In this document: one piece after another, positions 1-9,223 of the stretch
Numbering within the stretch: the stretch's first letter is position 1
Layout: the number at the start of each line of letters is the position of its first letter
Source: Candidatus Latescibacterota bacterium
GTDB lineage: Bacteria; Latescibacterota; UBA2968; SICM01
Length of the DNA stretch: 64,000 nt
Reading direction: 5' to 3'
Assembly (NCBI GenBank): GCA_965217865.1
Contig: CBDCJO010000002.1
Coordinates: 832,001-896,000 of the forward strand
Program-made: the position numbers and the translations under genes
The notes under the pieces: model-generated
Database searches by the model: none
Seen by the model: the letters and a program-made list of their open reading frames with translations, nothing else
What the model was told of the DNA's origin: nothing

Positions 1-696
1 TTCGCCACTCTGATTTTCTTCGGCCCTCATCCTGATCGATGGCTTAGCCTTTGGCTTTTTGGGGGATTTTTTATTGATCAAACGGGACCAGATTCCCGCA
101 AAAGCATGAAAAATTTTAATGAATGTACCGACAACCAGCTCGGGCAACTTATCCAGGCGGATGTTGGTGACCAGGACCAGGATCACGATGGCCATAGACA
201 CACACGCAACCAGAGAACCGACGAATCCGAGATTGGGACGAAGCAGTTCGAAAGCGAGGCGCATTCCGACTGCCCCACCGAAGCGGAAGGCTGCCGGGCC
301 CGGCTGGTCCCAGGCTAATTCCGAGGCCCCGCAATAGATCACGATGAGGAAGAGGGCTGCGATCGTCTTGAAGACCCATTTGCTTAGGTCGATACCCCGG
401 AACACGCACCAGCCGCAGACAAGGACGGCAAGACCGAGGGGATAGGCCCCAAAGCCGATCAGGAAGAGGAGCCGCCAGGCGATCAGGGTACCCAAGCGAC
501 CCGCCCAGTTAGCCGGATCGTCGGGGGGATATGTGGAGACGGTATCGGGATCGTAGGCTGAACCGGGCGTGTGTGAAACAAGACTTGCGAGGAGAATACC
601 TCCGGCAGCCATAAGCAGAATGCCTGTGATTTGTGTGATTTTGAAGATGCCGGATGAACCTGACTTCGGCCTGGCGATAGATGTATTTTTTTTCAT
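1..696 (-). CDS. ftsK: DNA translocase FtsK/SpoIIIE, N-terminal membrane domain (runs off window start)
   Basis: Manually translated open frame from ATG 696 (MKKNTSIARP...DDPANWAGRLGTLIAWRLLFLIGFGAYP...FGGAVG...). Several TM helices and an NWxGxxG motif typical of FtsK_4TM; no stop before base 1. Confidence 0.72.
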   Translation of the reverse strand, partial: MKKNTSIARPKSGSSGIFKITQITGILLMAAGGILLASLVSHTPGSAYDPDTVSTYPPDDPANWAGRLGTLIAWRLLFLIGFGAYPLGLAVLVCGWCVFRGIDLSKWVFKTIAALFLIVIYCGASELAWDQPGPAAFRFGGAVGMRLAFELLRPNLGFVGSLVACVSMAIVILVLVTNIRLDKLPELVVGTFIKIFHAFAGIWSRLINKKSPKKPKAKPSIRMRAEENQSGE

Positions 697-880
697 AGCA
701 AAAAGAATCCTCAGTCGGGATCGGTGTTAACCATAAGTCGTGAACCTACGGGTTCGTGCCCATCCTGGTGGTTTTCTTGACGGCGTAAAGGTGGAAAAGA
801 GTAAGGGGAGGTTTTTTGGGGATTTTTCAATGGCCGGATGCCCGGGGGAAAATCGGGCAAGATCGGTTCATCGAATAGGG

Positions 881-3079
881 TTAGAGCATTCCACGCCTCC
901 TACGGGCGGCCCACTCCACAGCCAAAAGGGAAACCAGGAGGGCAAGCGTGTAAGGGTTTTCCCAGAATCGCCATCGGTGGATTTCCGAGATCGTTTTCGA
1001 CGGGAGGTTGAAGTTGGCGACGAAGGTGTCGACCTGGGCTGGCATGAGAAAAGCTCCCTGAGAACTGCCGCAAATTGCCCGAAGGAGATCTTCGTTCATA
1101 CGTAGATTTTCAAATTCGAGCCCCGCTGCGCTTACGGTGATGCTCCCCCTATCTCGTCCAACCTCCCTGCCCTTGGACGATCTAACACCCCCATCCGTTT
1201 TCATCAGCCTTTCAACAACGGCCGTTCCCTCAAACCGGTGTTCTCCTGGCATGAGGCCTCTTATTTGGCCCACATATCTTCCGTGCCCTGACTCAACAAG
1301 GGTTATGGTTCGAATCCCGGAAACCCCGGAGATCGATACGTTTACGACGGCCCCGGTTTGAGGCCGCGTTAGGGCGTCGGTTACGAATGCTCGTAAGGTG
1401 ACCGGTTCCCCTTCTTTCCAGACAGGCCGGTCCGCAACAATCCTCACGCGACGACTCTCTTCAGGGGTCATCAGCCACTGAAACGCGTTCTTCCAGAGGG
1501 CATCTGGGGTCCGCGAAGTTTTCCCGATTCCCCACATCAGGGCGCTCAACCTGAAGATTGTTGCACACGGCACGGCCATAACCCTCCCCCCCAGGTTTGC
1601 GTCGACGACGATCAATGGCATCCTTGCGCCGTCTTGGATCCTCTTGTCGGGATGTACGGCAAGGACTTTCGCACCCGGCCGCACCCCCAAGGTCCTGTTG
1701 TAGCCCAGGATCGGGGGCATTTCCGCCAACGTCCTGGCGTCTGTCTCGGGGTCGTCAGTGAGATGGAGAATCGGATGGCGTGCGTCAGGAAAAACAAGCT
1801 GGAAGCGATCCTGATGGAAAGAACTTCTCGACGGGATGGCATAAACCGGGATGAGATCGCTCAACGGAGAAGCTCCGAACCCCGGATCGAAGGCGTTGTG
1901 CCCCCCCACCATCAGGAGACCCCCACCCGATCGCAGGAAGTTCGCCAAAGCTGACTCAACCCCTGCCAGTTTAGAGGATGCAAGGTTGACGAGAACCACC
2001 AGGTCAAAAGATTTTAAGGATTTCAGGTTTTCGATCTCCCCTGAACCTCCCCCCTGAAACCCCTTTAACCGGGCGTCGACCTCAATGGTTTTATCGGATA
2101 ACAGAAGCCGCCGTATATAACCAAAGTCGGGTGTCGGCCCCCCTCCAACCAGGAGGATTCGTTTCTTCCCCTTAAGGGCTTTTTGAGAGAAGGTGGATGA
2201 ATTGTTTCCCGAGGACCGTTCGTGTGGTTGGGGGGACACGCGGACTTCATATATACGAAGGCCGGGCTTCTCGGGTTTCAATGGAAGGTCGATCTGTTGC
2301 TCGCCGTCCTCGATAAGAATTTGCTGGGCGAGAATCAGACGTCCCCCTTCCCTGATCTCGATGGGGAGGCGGATTTTATCATAACCGAATGATCGAATCG
2401 TTACCCGGATAGGCGTCTCCTGTCCGACAGTCGAGATCGGGTCACAGGAGGCACTCACAACGGCGATATCCCGTGGCTGGCTGCGATCTCCGACCCCGAC
2501 CGCGTAGATCGGAACCCCTAAATCTGAAGCTGCTTTTTCGACATCAACACCCACGTTGGCCGCACCATCTGTTATCAGGAAAACAGCGGAAAGATTCTGA
2601 CCTTTGAATATTTCGCGGAGGGACATGAAGGCCCCTCCCAAATTCGTAGCCGGTGCATCCCATTTAAGGTCATCAAAGCGGGCGGAAGGAGCGGATCGGA
2701 GGCTCTCACCGAAGGCGAAAACTCTCAAGTCCACGATCCCCGACAAACGGTCGTGGACTTTTATATCCCCCAGGATGTGGCGCAGGACCTCCCGCCTCTC
2801 CCCCGTAGAATCAGCGATTTTCATACTGGCGCTTTCATCGAGCAGGAGCGCCACGGTCGGCGGATGTAGGCTCTGATACGTGAAGGCAAACAGCGGTTCT
2901 ACGATGAGGAAGAGGGTCATCAACAGGGTCGAAATCCGGAGAAAAAACAAGGCGCGGAAAGCGCGGGATCCAGACCAGTTCACCCGGCGATACGCCAAGA
3001 AGGCTACGGCCACCATGAATGGGATCAGAAGGAGGATGTAGGGGCTTCCTCCGAATTTCAGGTCGAAGTCCGGCATCAT
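881..3079 (-). CDS. Membrane protein with VWA domain and class I glutamine amidotransferase-like domain
   Basis: 732 aa. N-terminal TM pair, LLDESASM and ITDG MIDAS motifs, GGGLLMVGG...SPLSDLIPV GATase1-like block, C-terminal EWAARRRRG tail. Confidence 0.78.
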   Translation of the reverse strand: MMPDFDLKFGGSPYILLLIPFMVAVAFLAYRRVNWSGSRAFRALFFLRISTLLMTLFLIVEPLFAFTYQSLHPPTVALLLDESASMKIADSTGERREVLRHILGDIKVHDRLSGIVDLRVFAFGESLRSAPSARFDDLKWDAPATNLGGAFMSLREIFKGQNLSAVFLITDGAANVGVDVEKAASDLGVPIYAVGVGDRSQPRDIAVVSASCDPISTVGQETPIRVTIRSFGYDKIRLPIEIREGGRLILAQQILIEDGEQQIDLPLKPEKPGLRIYEVRVSPQPHERSSGNNSSTFSQKALKGKKRILLVGGGPTPDFGYIRRLLLSDKTIEVDARLKGFQGGGSGEIENLKSLKSFDLVVLVNLASSKLAGVESALANFLRSGGGLLMVGGHNAFDPGFGASPLSDLIPVYAIPSRSSFHQDRFQLVFPDARHPILHLTDDPETDARTLAEMPPILGYNRTLGVRPGAKVLAVHPDKRIQDGARMPLIVVDANLGGRVMAVPCATIFRLSALMWGIGKTSRTPDALWKNAFQWLMTPEESRRVRIVADRPVWKEGEPVTLRAFVTDALTRPQTGAVVNVSISGVSGIRTITLVESGHGRYVGQIRGLMPGEHRFEGTAVVERLMKTDGGVRSSKGREVGRDRGSITVSAAGLEFENLRMNEDLLRAICGSSQGAFLMPAQVDTFVANFNLPSKTISEIHRWRFWENPYTLALLVSLLAVEWAARRRRGML

Positions 3080-3093
3080 AAAGTCCGTATCTC

Positions 3094-3395
3094 AAAGCGA
3101 GGTTCTGTGAGGCGACGCATCAGCGGGCCAACGGTTCGCGAGCCGGATCAATCCCACACATACCGTACCGTAGATGAATCAGGATGCGGGACAGGGATTG
3201 GGGGATGAAATTATCGCGGCCTTTCAGGCCGTACGACGCTATTGCTTCGCATGACCCAGGGCGGCTCGCCAGGGTTGAGGGACAACGCGCCGTTGGCGCT
3301 GAAAGACGGCCATGACTTTAGTCTCGGCTTCTCGATTAGCTCGAAGGTCCGGGTGTCAATCGAAGACAGGGCCCACTATATTCTAGGAAGAACCT
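3094..3395. mobile_element. Miniature non-autonomous IS200/RAYT-derived palindromic element, copy 1
   Basis: Near-identical to 6420-6799 and 6812-7077. Hairpins (GCGGCCTTTCAGGCCG, CCCAGGGCGGCTCGCCAGGG, GCGCCGTTGGCGC); minus-strand RYVWD-stop remnant at 3148-3165; AGGTTCT/AGAACCT near the ends. Confidence 0.75.
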
Positions 3396-3419
3396 TATTT
3401 GGTTTCCCGCGCTTCAGCT

Positions 3420-4478
3420 TCACGAGAAACGCTTCACGTTTTGAAGGGGCATTCGAGGATCGGCGTTCAGGTCAAGACCCGCCTGTTCCCCACAACCGAT
3501 CCGGAAAGATCCCGCAGCAGCAATCATAGCCGCATTGTCGGTGCACAAGACCGGGGGAGGGATATAAAGCGACATCTGGTTTCGGATGGCGGCACCCTCC
3601 ATTTGTTCCCTTAGACATTGGTTGGCAGCAACGCCTCCAGCCACGACGATATTCCGGACGCCACAGGATATCGCCGCACGGAGGGTCTTAGCGACCAGGA
3701 CGTCGACGACAGCTGCTTGAAAACTGGCCGCAATATCGGGCGCTGACAGGCTTAGACGATCCGAAGACTTGTCCTGAATGCGATAGAGTACGGCCGTCTT
3801 CAAACCGCTGAAGCTGAAATCGAAATGATCAGCCTCCATGAGCCCTCGGGGAAAGGTTTCGGCATGGGGATTCCCGGTTTCGGCCAGACGGGAGATCAGG
3901 GGGCCGCCCATGACAGATTCGCCCGGCTTGAAAAGTCCGAGGAGCTTAGCGACCTTGTCAAAGGCCTCACCGGCTGCGTCGTCTCGGGTTCTACCTAGAA
4001 TGTTATAACGACCGATTTCGGGGATAGAGATAATATCGGTGTGACCTCCCGACACGATCAATGCGACAAAGGGGGGAGAGGGTCGCGACTCGGGGAGAAG
4101 GGAGGCGAAGATATGTCCTTCGACGTGGTGAACGCCAACGAGGGGAATTTCGTTGGCAAAGGCAATGGATTTGCCCGCACAAACGCCGATGAGGAGAGAG
4201 CCGACCAGACCAGGTCCGGAAGTGACGGCTATCCCGGATAGATCGCGGATGCGGATCCGTGCAACCTCTAATGCTTCTTCGATAATCGGGATGATCCGAC
4301 GGATATGATCGCGGGAAGCAAGTTCAGGTACTACACCGCCGAATCGACCGTGATCGGCCTGGGAAAAGATGACATTCGAGAGGATCCGTCCCCCGTGGAC
4401 GACAGCAGCAGATGTCTCATCGCAGGAGGTCTCGATGCCAAGGACCGGACCGGAAACGAACAGGGGTGCATGATTCAC
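3420..4478 (-). CDS. tsaD: tRNA N6-adenosine threonylcarbamoyltransferase TsaD
   Basis: LGIETSCDETSAA, GGVVPELASRDH, HHVEGH, SGGHT, DDAAGEAFDK, FSFSGLKT, CTDNAAMI motifs. Confidence 0.97.
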   Translation of the reverse strand: MNHAPLFVSGPVLGIETSCDETSAAVVHGGRILSNVIFSQADHGRFGGVVPELASRDHIRRIIPIIEEALEVARIRIRDLSGIAVTSGPGLVGSLLIGVCAGKSIAFANEIPLVGVHHVEGHIFASLLPESRPSPPFVALIVSGGHTDIISIPEIGRYNILGRTRDDAAGEAFDKVAKLLGLFKPGESVMGGPLISRLAETGNPHAETFPRGLMEADHFDFSFSGLKTAVLYRIQDKSSDRLSLSAPDIAASFQAAVVDVLVAKTLRAAISCGVRNIVVAGGVAANQCLREQMEGAAIRNQMSLYIPPPVLCTDNAAMIAAAGSFRIGCGEQAGLDLNADPRMPLQNVKRFS

Positions 4479-4666
4479 TTAAAGGATTCGGAGATATTCC
4501 TTCCCATGCTGATCTCGCCGTTGTCAATCCTAAGGTTGAAGCCGCACTCCGGGTTTGAGCAGACCCATGCTTTGTACCGGATGGATGCGCCATCCCTACC
4601 ATAGTCCGATAAAGGAATCAAAACCCCGGTAGAACATTTCAAACATTCTGGGAAATTGTCTTTCAT
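4475..4666 (-). CDS. Small zinc-ribbon-like protein (CxxC...CxxxxC), translationally coupled to tsaD
   Basis: 63 aa MKDNFPECLKC...PLSDYG...KAWVCSNPECGF. GGAG-rich RBS before ATG 4666; stop overlaps the tsaD GTG start (GTGA). Confidence 0.75.
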   Translation of the reverse strand: MKDNFPECLKCSTGVLIPLSDYGRDGASIRYKAWVCSNPECGFNLRIDNGEISMGRNISESFK

Positions 4667-4877
4667 GCCTGAACTCCCCTCCTCGTGGTCTTCTCCATCA
4701 CCTGCGTTGACAGGTTGCACGTGAAATTATGGTCCAAACGCTGAGGTTGGGTTCCCTTAAAATAATCCAGGGTCCAAGGCCCCGGGAATGACCAAAGTTA
4801 TATAACTTTATGAAAATAGACCTTTGAAGTCAAACGATTTATTACTGTTTGGAGGGACGATCAATCCCGAGACCCAA

Positions 4878-4906
4878 TTGACAAACGACGAAACATCGAT
4901 TATATA
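4878..4906 (+). promoter_or_regulatory. Sigma70-type promoter for the UbiA gene
   Basis: TTGACA-17 bp-TATATA; implies the real start lies downstream of the ORF-track start at 4824. Confidence 0.5.
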
Positions 4907-4970
4907 CCATCCCTCCAGCCCCCTGCCCTGCCTTTCACCGTGTTTAAAAATCAAATTCTATCAATTCCCA

Positions 4971-5822
4971 GTGGCCCCGTTTAGGATTTCCGATCCTCTC
5001 GCATATATGGCGATAGTGCGCCCCATCAACTGTGCGATCGCCTTCGCATCCGTGCTTGTTGGCGCCTGCATGTCAGGTGGTTGGCCCGAGGGATATCGGG
5101 TAATTGCCGCGGGGCTCTCTGCAGCGTGTATCGCCGGGGGCGGTAACGCCCTGAACGACGTCTGCGATGAATCCGCGGACCGGATCAACCGTCCTGATCG
5201 GCCTATCGCATCAAGCAGGATCTCCCTGAGGGGGGCATCGGTGATGGCGGGGGGCCTTTTCGCCACGGGTGGGGTATTAAGCTTCGCGTTGGGGGTTAAG
5301 GGTATCTGTATCGCATTCGCCGCTATCGGGGGGCTGGTAGCGTATGACGGTTGGTTTAAGCGGGTTCCGGTGTTCGGTAACGCCGTCGTTGCCGGTATCA
5401 GCAGCCTGGCATTGATCTACGGCGGTATCGCGGCAAACCATGTTGCTGAGACCCTGGTGCCTGCCGGCTTTGCGTATCTCATTCATTTTGGTCGGGAGAT
5501 CTTGAAAGATGTAGAGGATATGGAAGGAGATATCTCTATCGGGGCCAGAAGTGTGGCAATAACCTGGGGTGTTCGGACATCATTGGGATTGACCACGGCA
5601 GTTTTTCTTTCACTGATCGGCCTGACTCCCGTGCCGTTCTTTTTGGGCTTGTATGATTGGCTCTATTTGATCATTGTGATCTGTCCAGTTGACGCGATTC
5701 TTCTTTATACCATGATTTCGATGTGGCGCGACCGGTCCAGGGGTAATCTGAGGCGCCTGGACGTCCTTATTAAGATAAATATGGTCTTCGGTCTTGTCGC
5801 TCTTTTGGCCGGTTCCAGATAA
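4971..5822 (+). CDS. UbiA-family prenyltransferase, digeranylgeranylglyceryl-phosphate (DGGGP) synthase-like
   Basis: RPINC, GNALNDVCDESADRINRPDRPI and REILKDVEDMEGD aspartate-rich motifs, multiple TM helices. Start is GTG 4971 or ATG 5007. Confidence 0.85.
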   Translation: MAPFRISDPLAYMAIVRPINCAIAFASVLVGACMSGGWPEGYRVIAAGLSAACIAGGGNALNDVCDESADRINRPDRPIASSRISLRGASVMAGGLFATGGVLSFALGVKGICIAFAAIGGLVAYDGWFKRVPVFGNAVVAGISSLALIYGGIAANHVAETLVPAGFAYLIHFGREILKDVEDMEGDISIGARSVAITWGVRTSLGLTTAVFLSLIGLTPVPFFLGLYDWLYLIIVICPVDAILLYTMISMWRDRSRGNLRRLDVLIKINMVFGLVALLAGSR

Positions 5823-5880
5823 AAAGGGACCTGGTTGGCTTAAATGTTTTTAAAAAATAGTGAGATATCTTAAAATTTGC

Positions 5881-5909
5881 TTGACAACCACCGATCGTTA
5901 TATTAATTT
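5881..5909 (+). promoter_or_regulatory. Sigma70-type promoter upstream of the HU/IHF gene
   Basis: TTGACA-17 bp-TAATTT in an AT-rich intergenic region. Confidence 0.45.
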
Positions 5910-6038
5910 TGAGGTGGCTGTTAACTCTAACATAATTAAGCCTTTTGAAAGCGTTAAGCTGTTTGAAGCCCTTGTCAATCTATAAAAGAGGTTGGGGGCT
6001 TATCCTTTTGCCTAAGTTTCCCCGGAAGAGGTGATGCC

Positions 6039-6332
6039 TTGGCGACCACGACGAAGAAGGAATTGGCCCTGACAGTCAGCGCCGAGACGGGTTGCAAGAA
6101 GAACCTTGCTGCCAAGATGGTGGACAGCATCTTTACGGCAATGCGGGAGAGCCTTTCGGCTGGAGATCGGATTGAAATCCGGGGGTTTGGGGTTTTTCAA
6201 GTAAAGCAGACGCGACCCAAGCCTGCCGCCCGAAATCCCAGAACGGGAGAGGTTATCTATGTTCCCGCCCGCCGAAAGACCCATTTCAAGCCTGGAAAAC
6301 TGTTACGGGAGGAACTCCACAAACCTGTATGA
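6039..6332 (+). CDS. HU/integration host factor family DNA-binding protein
   Basis: TKKELA...GDRIEIRGFGVF...ARNPRTGE...FKPGKLLRE. Confidence 0.95.
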   Translation: MATTTKKELALTVSAETGCKKNLAAKMVDSIFTAMRESLSAGDRIEIRGFGVFQVKQTRPKPAARNPRTGEVIYVPARRKTHFKPGKLLREELHKPV

Positions 6333-6357
6333 AATAAGAATTTGATGTCTAATGTTC

Positions 6358-6398
6358 AGAGGGTGTGCGCCGCAGGATGCACATCCTCTTTTTATTTT
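6358..6398 (+). terminator. Intrinsic terminator after the HU/IHF gene
   Basis: AGAGGGTGTGC...GCACATCCTCT hairpin followed by a T-rich tract. Confidence 0.7.
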
Positions 6399-6419
6399 AG
6401 ATCTTCCTAGTTTTGGTGG

Positions 6420-6799
6420 AAAGCGAGGTTCTGTGAGGTGACGCATCCGCGGGCCAACGGCCCGCGATTCCTTGGCCCAGCCCAACGGGCTAGGTTTGAA
6501 TGTGGGCGAATCGAGCGGGCCAAAGGTCCGCGATCCCTTCAATCCCACACATACCGTAGATGAATCAGGATGCGGGACAGGGATTGGGACATGGCGGTGT
6601 GAATTTATCGCGGCCTTTCAGGCCGCACGACGCTATTGCTTCGCATGACCCAGGGCGGTGCCCTGGGTTGAGGAACAACGCGCCGTTGGCGCTGAAAGAA
6701 GTCCCTGACTTTAGTCTCGGCTTCTCGATTAGCTCGAAGGTCCGGGTGTCAATCGAAGACAGGGTCCACTATATCTCACGGAGAGCCAGAAAAGAACCT
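6420..6799. mobile_element. Miniature IS200/RAYT-derived palindromic element, copy 2 (longest)
   Basis: Minus-strand mini-ORF 6592-6539 MSQSLSRILIHLRYVWD*, which joins the N- and C-termini of a Y1 TnpA. Flanked by REP-like hairpins. Confidence 0.8.
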
Positions 6800-6811
6800 A
6801 ATGGCGTTTTC

Positions 6812-7077
6812 GCGCGGGCCAACGGTCCGCGATCCCTTCAATCCCACACATACCGTAGATGAATCAGGATGTGGGACAGGGATTGGGACATGGCGATGTG
6901 AATTTATCGCGGCCTTTCAGGCCGCACGACGCTATTGCTTCGCACAACCCAGGGCGGCTCGCCTGGGTTGAGGGACAACGCGCCGTTGGCGCTGAAAGAA
7001 GGCCCTGACTTTAGTCTCTGCTTCTCGAACAGGTCGAAGCCCCGGGTGTCAATCGCGAAGACAGGGTTCACTATATT
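6812..7077. mobile_element. Miniature IS200/RAYT-derived palindromic element, copy 3 (tandem to copy 2)
   Basis: Mini-ORF 6891-6838 MSQSLSHILIHLRYVWD*, same hairpin set as copy 2. Confidence 0.78.
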
Positions 7078-7238
7078 CCAGGGTGAGTCGTTATTTTTAA
7101 TGGTGATGAAGGATCGGGAGGCGCAATTTCGGATCTGCTTGACACAAGCCGGGACCGGATGTAATTTTTACTATTGTTGAAGAATCCCTTTTTGGTGAAG
7201 AAGTTGACTCCGCGTAACTGTTCCCGGAGGGAATTCCT

Positions 7239-7625
7239 TTGAAACTGAAAGTGCTCGTGATAGAGGACCAAAAACCCGTCAGGGAGGCGATCGGGGAGGT
7301 GCTGGAGGTGGAGGGTTATGATGTACGGGCGATTCGAGATGGGTTTGTTGCGGCTGAGGCAGTCAGAAAAGAGACGTTCGATTTGATCACCCTCGATCTC
7401 AACATGCCCTCACTCGATGGCATGAGCATCGCAGACGCCATCCGGGAGTCCCCGCTTAACGCCAAGACACCCGTTATCGTCGTCTCGGCCTACCTGTCGG
7501 AGGGGGTCGTTAACGAATTGAAGGGGAAGGAGATCTTGAATTTTCTGGGCAAACCCTTCTTTCCCGATGAATTGATCGCGGAGGTAAAAAAGGTGTTGAC
7601 CCTGGAATCAAACGATCGGGATTAG
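7239..7625 (+). CDS. Single-domain response regulator (CheY-like receiver)
   Basis: VLVIED, FDLITLDLNMP.LDG, VIVVSA, KPF motifs; GGAGG RBS before TTG. Confidence 0.92.
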   Translation: MKLKVLVIEDQKPVREAIGEVLEVEGYDVRAIRDGFVAAEAVRKETFDLITLDLNMPSLDGMSIADAIRESPLNAKTPVIVVSAYLSEGVVNELKGKEILNFLGKPFFPDELIAEVKKVLTLESNDRD

Positions 7626-7703
7626 CCAAGGCCCAATAATGAAATACCAAGAACGGCCCAAGGATTTATTAATATAGCCCCTAAGATTTCCTTTCTGCGG
7701 AAC

Positions 7704-7778
7704 GACGAACGACTGCCGCCACCTGCCGCTTTGGAGCGCCAACGGAATAGCGGCCAGGTAAGCCGCTTTGTTAGCCAC
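7704..7778 (-). other. Integron attC recombination site (59-base element)
   Basis: Minus strand GGCTAAC-AAAGC-GGCTTACCTGGCCGCTATTCC...CTCCAAAGCGGCAGGTGGCGGCAGTC-GTT. RYYYAAC...GTT imperfect palindrome with an extrahelical G, about 12 bp after the methyltransferase stop. Confidence 0.78.
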
Positions 7779-7788
7779 ATTCCAGTTG

Positions 7789-8625
7789 TCATCCGTCTGG
7801 TTCTCTGACAAAAACAAATTGATTATTCCCAAGACTATTTGTAGTTGCAATATTGGTCAGCATAAACCCTCTATCTCGAACAAAGTGGAATATTTCCTCG
7901 ACTTTTGCAACCTCGAACGGCAAACCGCCTAACCAATCAAACCAATCGTGAAGAATTGACATGCCTCTGTTCTTCCTATATTCGGTAAAGATATTTTTCC
8001 TTCTGAGAACACATAAGATTAACGCCTTCGAAAAAAAATATGGAATAAAGATGCAAGAGACAATTGTTTTCCCTAAGACCCCCGAACAGTAAACTTTCTT
8101 GACTCTTCTCCAAAGCCTCGATTTTCTACCTAGGTTGTTGTATATGGCTATAAAAAGGGTGCCGTCTTTCTTTACAAGAGAGGCAGCGTTTTCCAGAGCG
8201 GTCCACATATCCCCAGCGTGATGCAAAACTCCCCATGAATAAACTATGTCAAAGCTACTTAGTGACATTAGAAAATCCTTGTCTAAAACAGAACCTTCTT
8301 GAACAACCCAATTTTGATCATTTGGAAAATATCGTGAACGGAGTTCCTGTGTACAGGTTACTGATGCAGGATCATAATCAAAAGAATGAAATTCTGCCCC
8401 CAGTTTGCGCACCGCCAATGAAAACAACCCACTGCCTGAGCCAATGTCTAAGACTTTCTTGCCATTCAGATTGTCAACTCCAAGCATTTCTAATATCGAC
8501 TGTTTAGCTATTGCAATCCTTTCATCGGTTAATGATGACAGAAAACTTCGCCAATTCTTACCAAACTCAAATCGCTGCCCTTTCTTAACTTCGGCTTCAA
8601 ATGTACTCAAATTCGTCTTCTCCAT
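7789..8625 (-). CDS. Class I SAM-dependent methyltransferase carried as an integron gene cassette
   Basis: RFEFGKNW, VLDIGSGSGLFS, FDIVYSWGVLHH, DWFDWLGG. Low GC; bounded by a GTTAGCC core (8645-8639) and the attC. Confidence 0.9.
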   Translation of the reverse strand: MEKTNLSTFEAEVKKGQRFEFGKNWRSFLSSLTDERIAIAKQSILEMLGVDNLNGKKVLDIGSGSGLFSLAVRKLGAEFHSFDYDPASVTCTQELRSRYFPNDQNWVVQEGSVLDKDFLMSLSSFDIVYSWGVLHHAGDMWTALENAASLVKKDGTLFIAIYNNLGRKSRLWRRVKKVYCSGVLGKTIVSCIFIPYFFSKALILCVLRRKNIFTEYRKNRGMSILHDWFDWLGGLPFEVAKVEEIFHFVRDRGFMLTNIATTNSLGNNQFVFVREPDG

Positions 8626-8638
8626 TCTTTCATGTGGT

Positions 8639-8770
8639 GGCTAACTTATAATTAGCTTAGACAGCCTAAAAAAAACCACACTGCAATCTTAACAGTATAA
8701 TTTGTTGAGGCAGTTTACTGTTAATTTACGATTTTCAGTTGGTTAAATCAAGAATCCACACGGGATTAGT
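8639..8770 (-). promoter_or_regulatory. Promoter plus attI-like module, copy 1
   Basis: Direct repeat of 9224-9355. Minus strand TTGATT-17-TAAATT promoter, then hairpin and T tract, then CTGTCTAAGCTAATTATAA-GTTAGCC at the cassette start. Confidence 0.62.
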
Positions 8771-8784
8771 TTAAAAGCTCTCCC

Positions 8785-9198
8785 TTACCCGATTATGTGT
8801 TCTTCTAAGGGTTTCTTAGGGTCTTGAGTCTCCACAAGGCATTTAATAAGGTTCGTGACATAGTCCCGCAGGAGCCAAATACTGAATGGCCGATGATGCC
8901 ATAACCTCCATATTTTATAACTCACACCTGAAGACACATTAAAAAAGGATGTACCTTCGATTCTAGAATACAAATCAAGGTCATCTTTATTTATGCCTTT
9001 ACGGGTTCTTCTATATATCTCTCTTGATAGAGAGATTGCAATTTGTTCGCTATCATTCAAATTCTTACTTTTTACAGTGATATTTATTAATTCATCAATA
9101 AGTTGATTTTGCTCTCTAACCTTGAATAGAAAGAAAAGAGAAGAGACTAACGAAAGAATTAATAGAAATAGTGATAGGCGATGTAAGTGTTGTTTCAT
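8785..9198 (-). pseudogene. Cassette-like membrane-anchored gene, frameshifted and truncated; possible transglutaminase-like Cys motif
   Basis: N-terminal TM helix. Near 8915 an alternative frame continues KYGGYGIIGHSVFGSCGTMSRTLLNALWRLK. Preceded by a GTTATGT core; no attC seen downstream. Confidence 0.55.
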
Positions 9199-9223
9199 GA
9201 CATTTCCTCATGTTGGTATGAAC

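Noticed and set aside
3242-3529. ORFs of 80-100 aa overlapping the palindromic repeats (3242, 6560, 6935)
   Set aside because: Their similarity reflects the repeated non-coding element; ends and lengths are inconsistent between copies.
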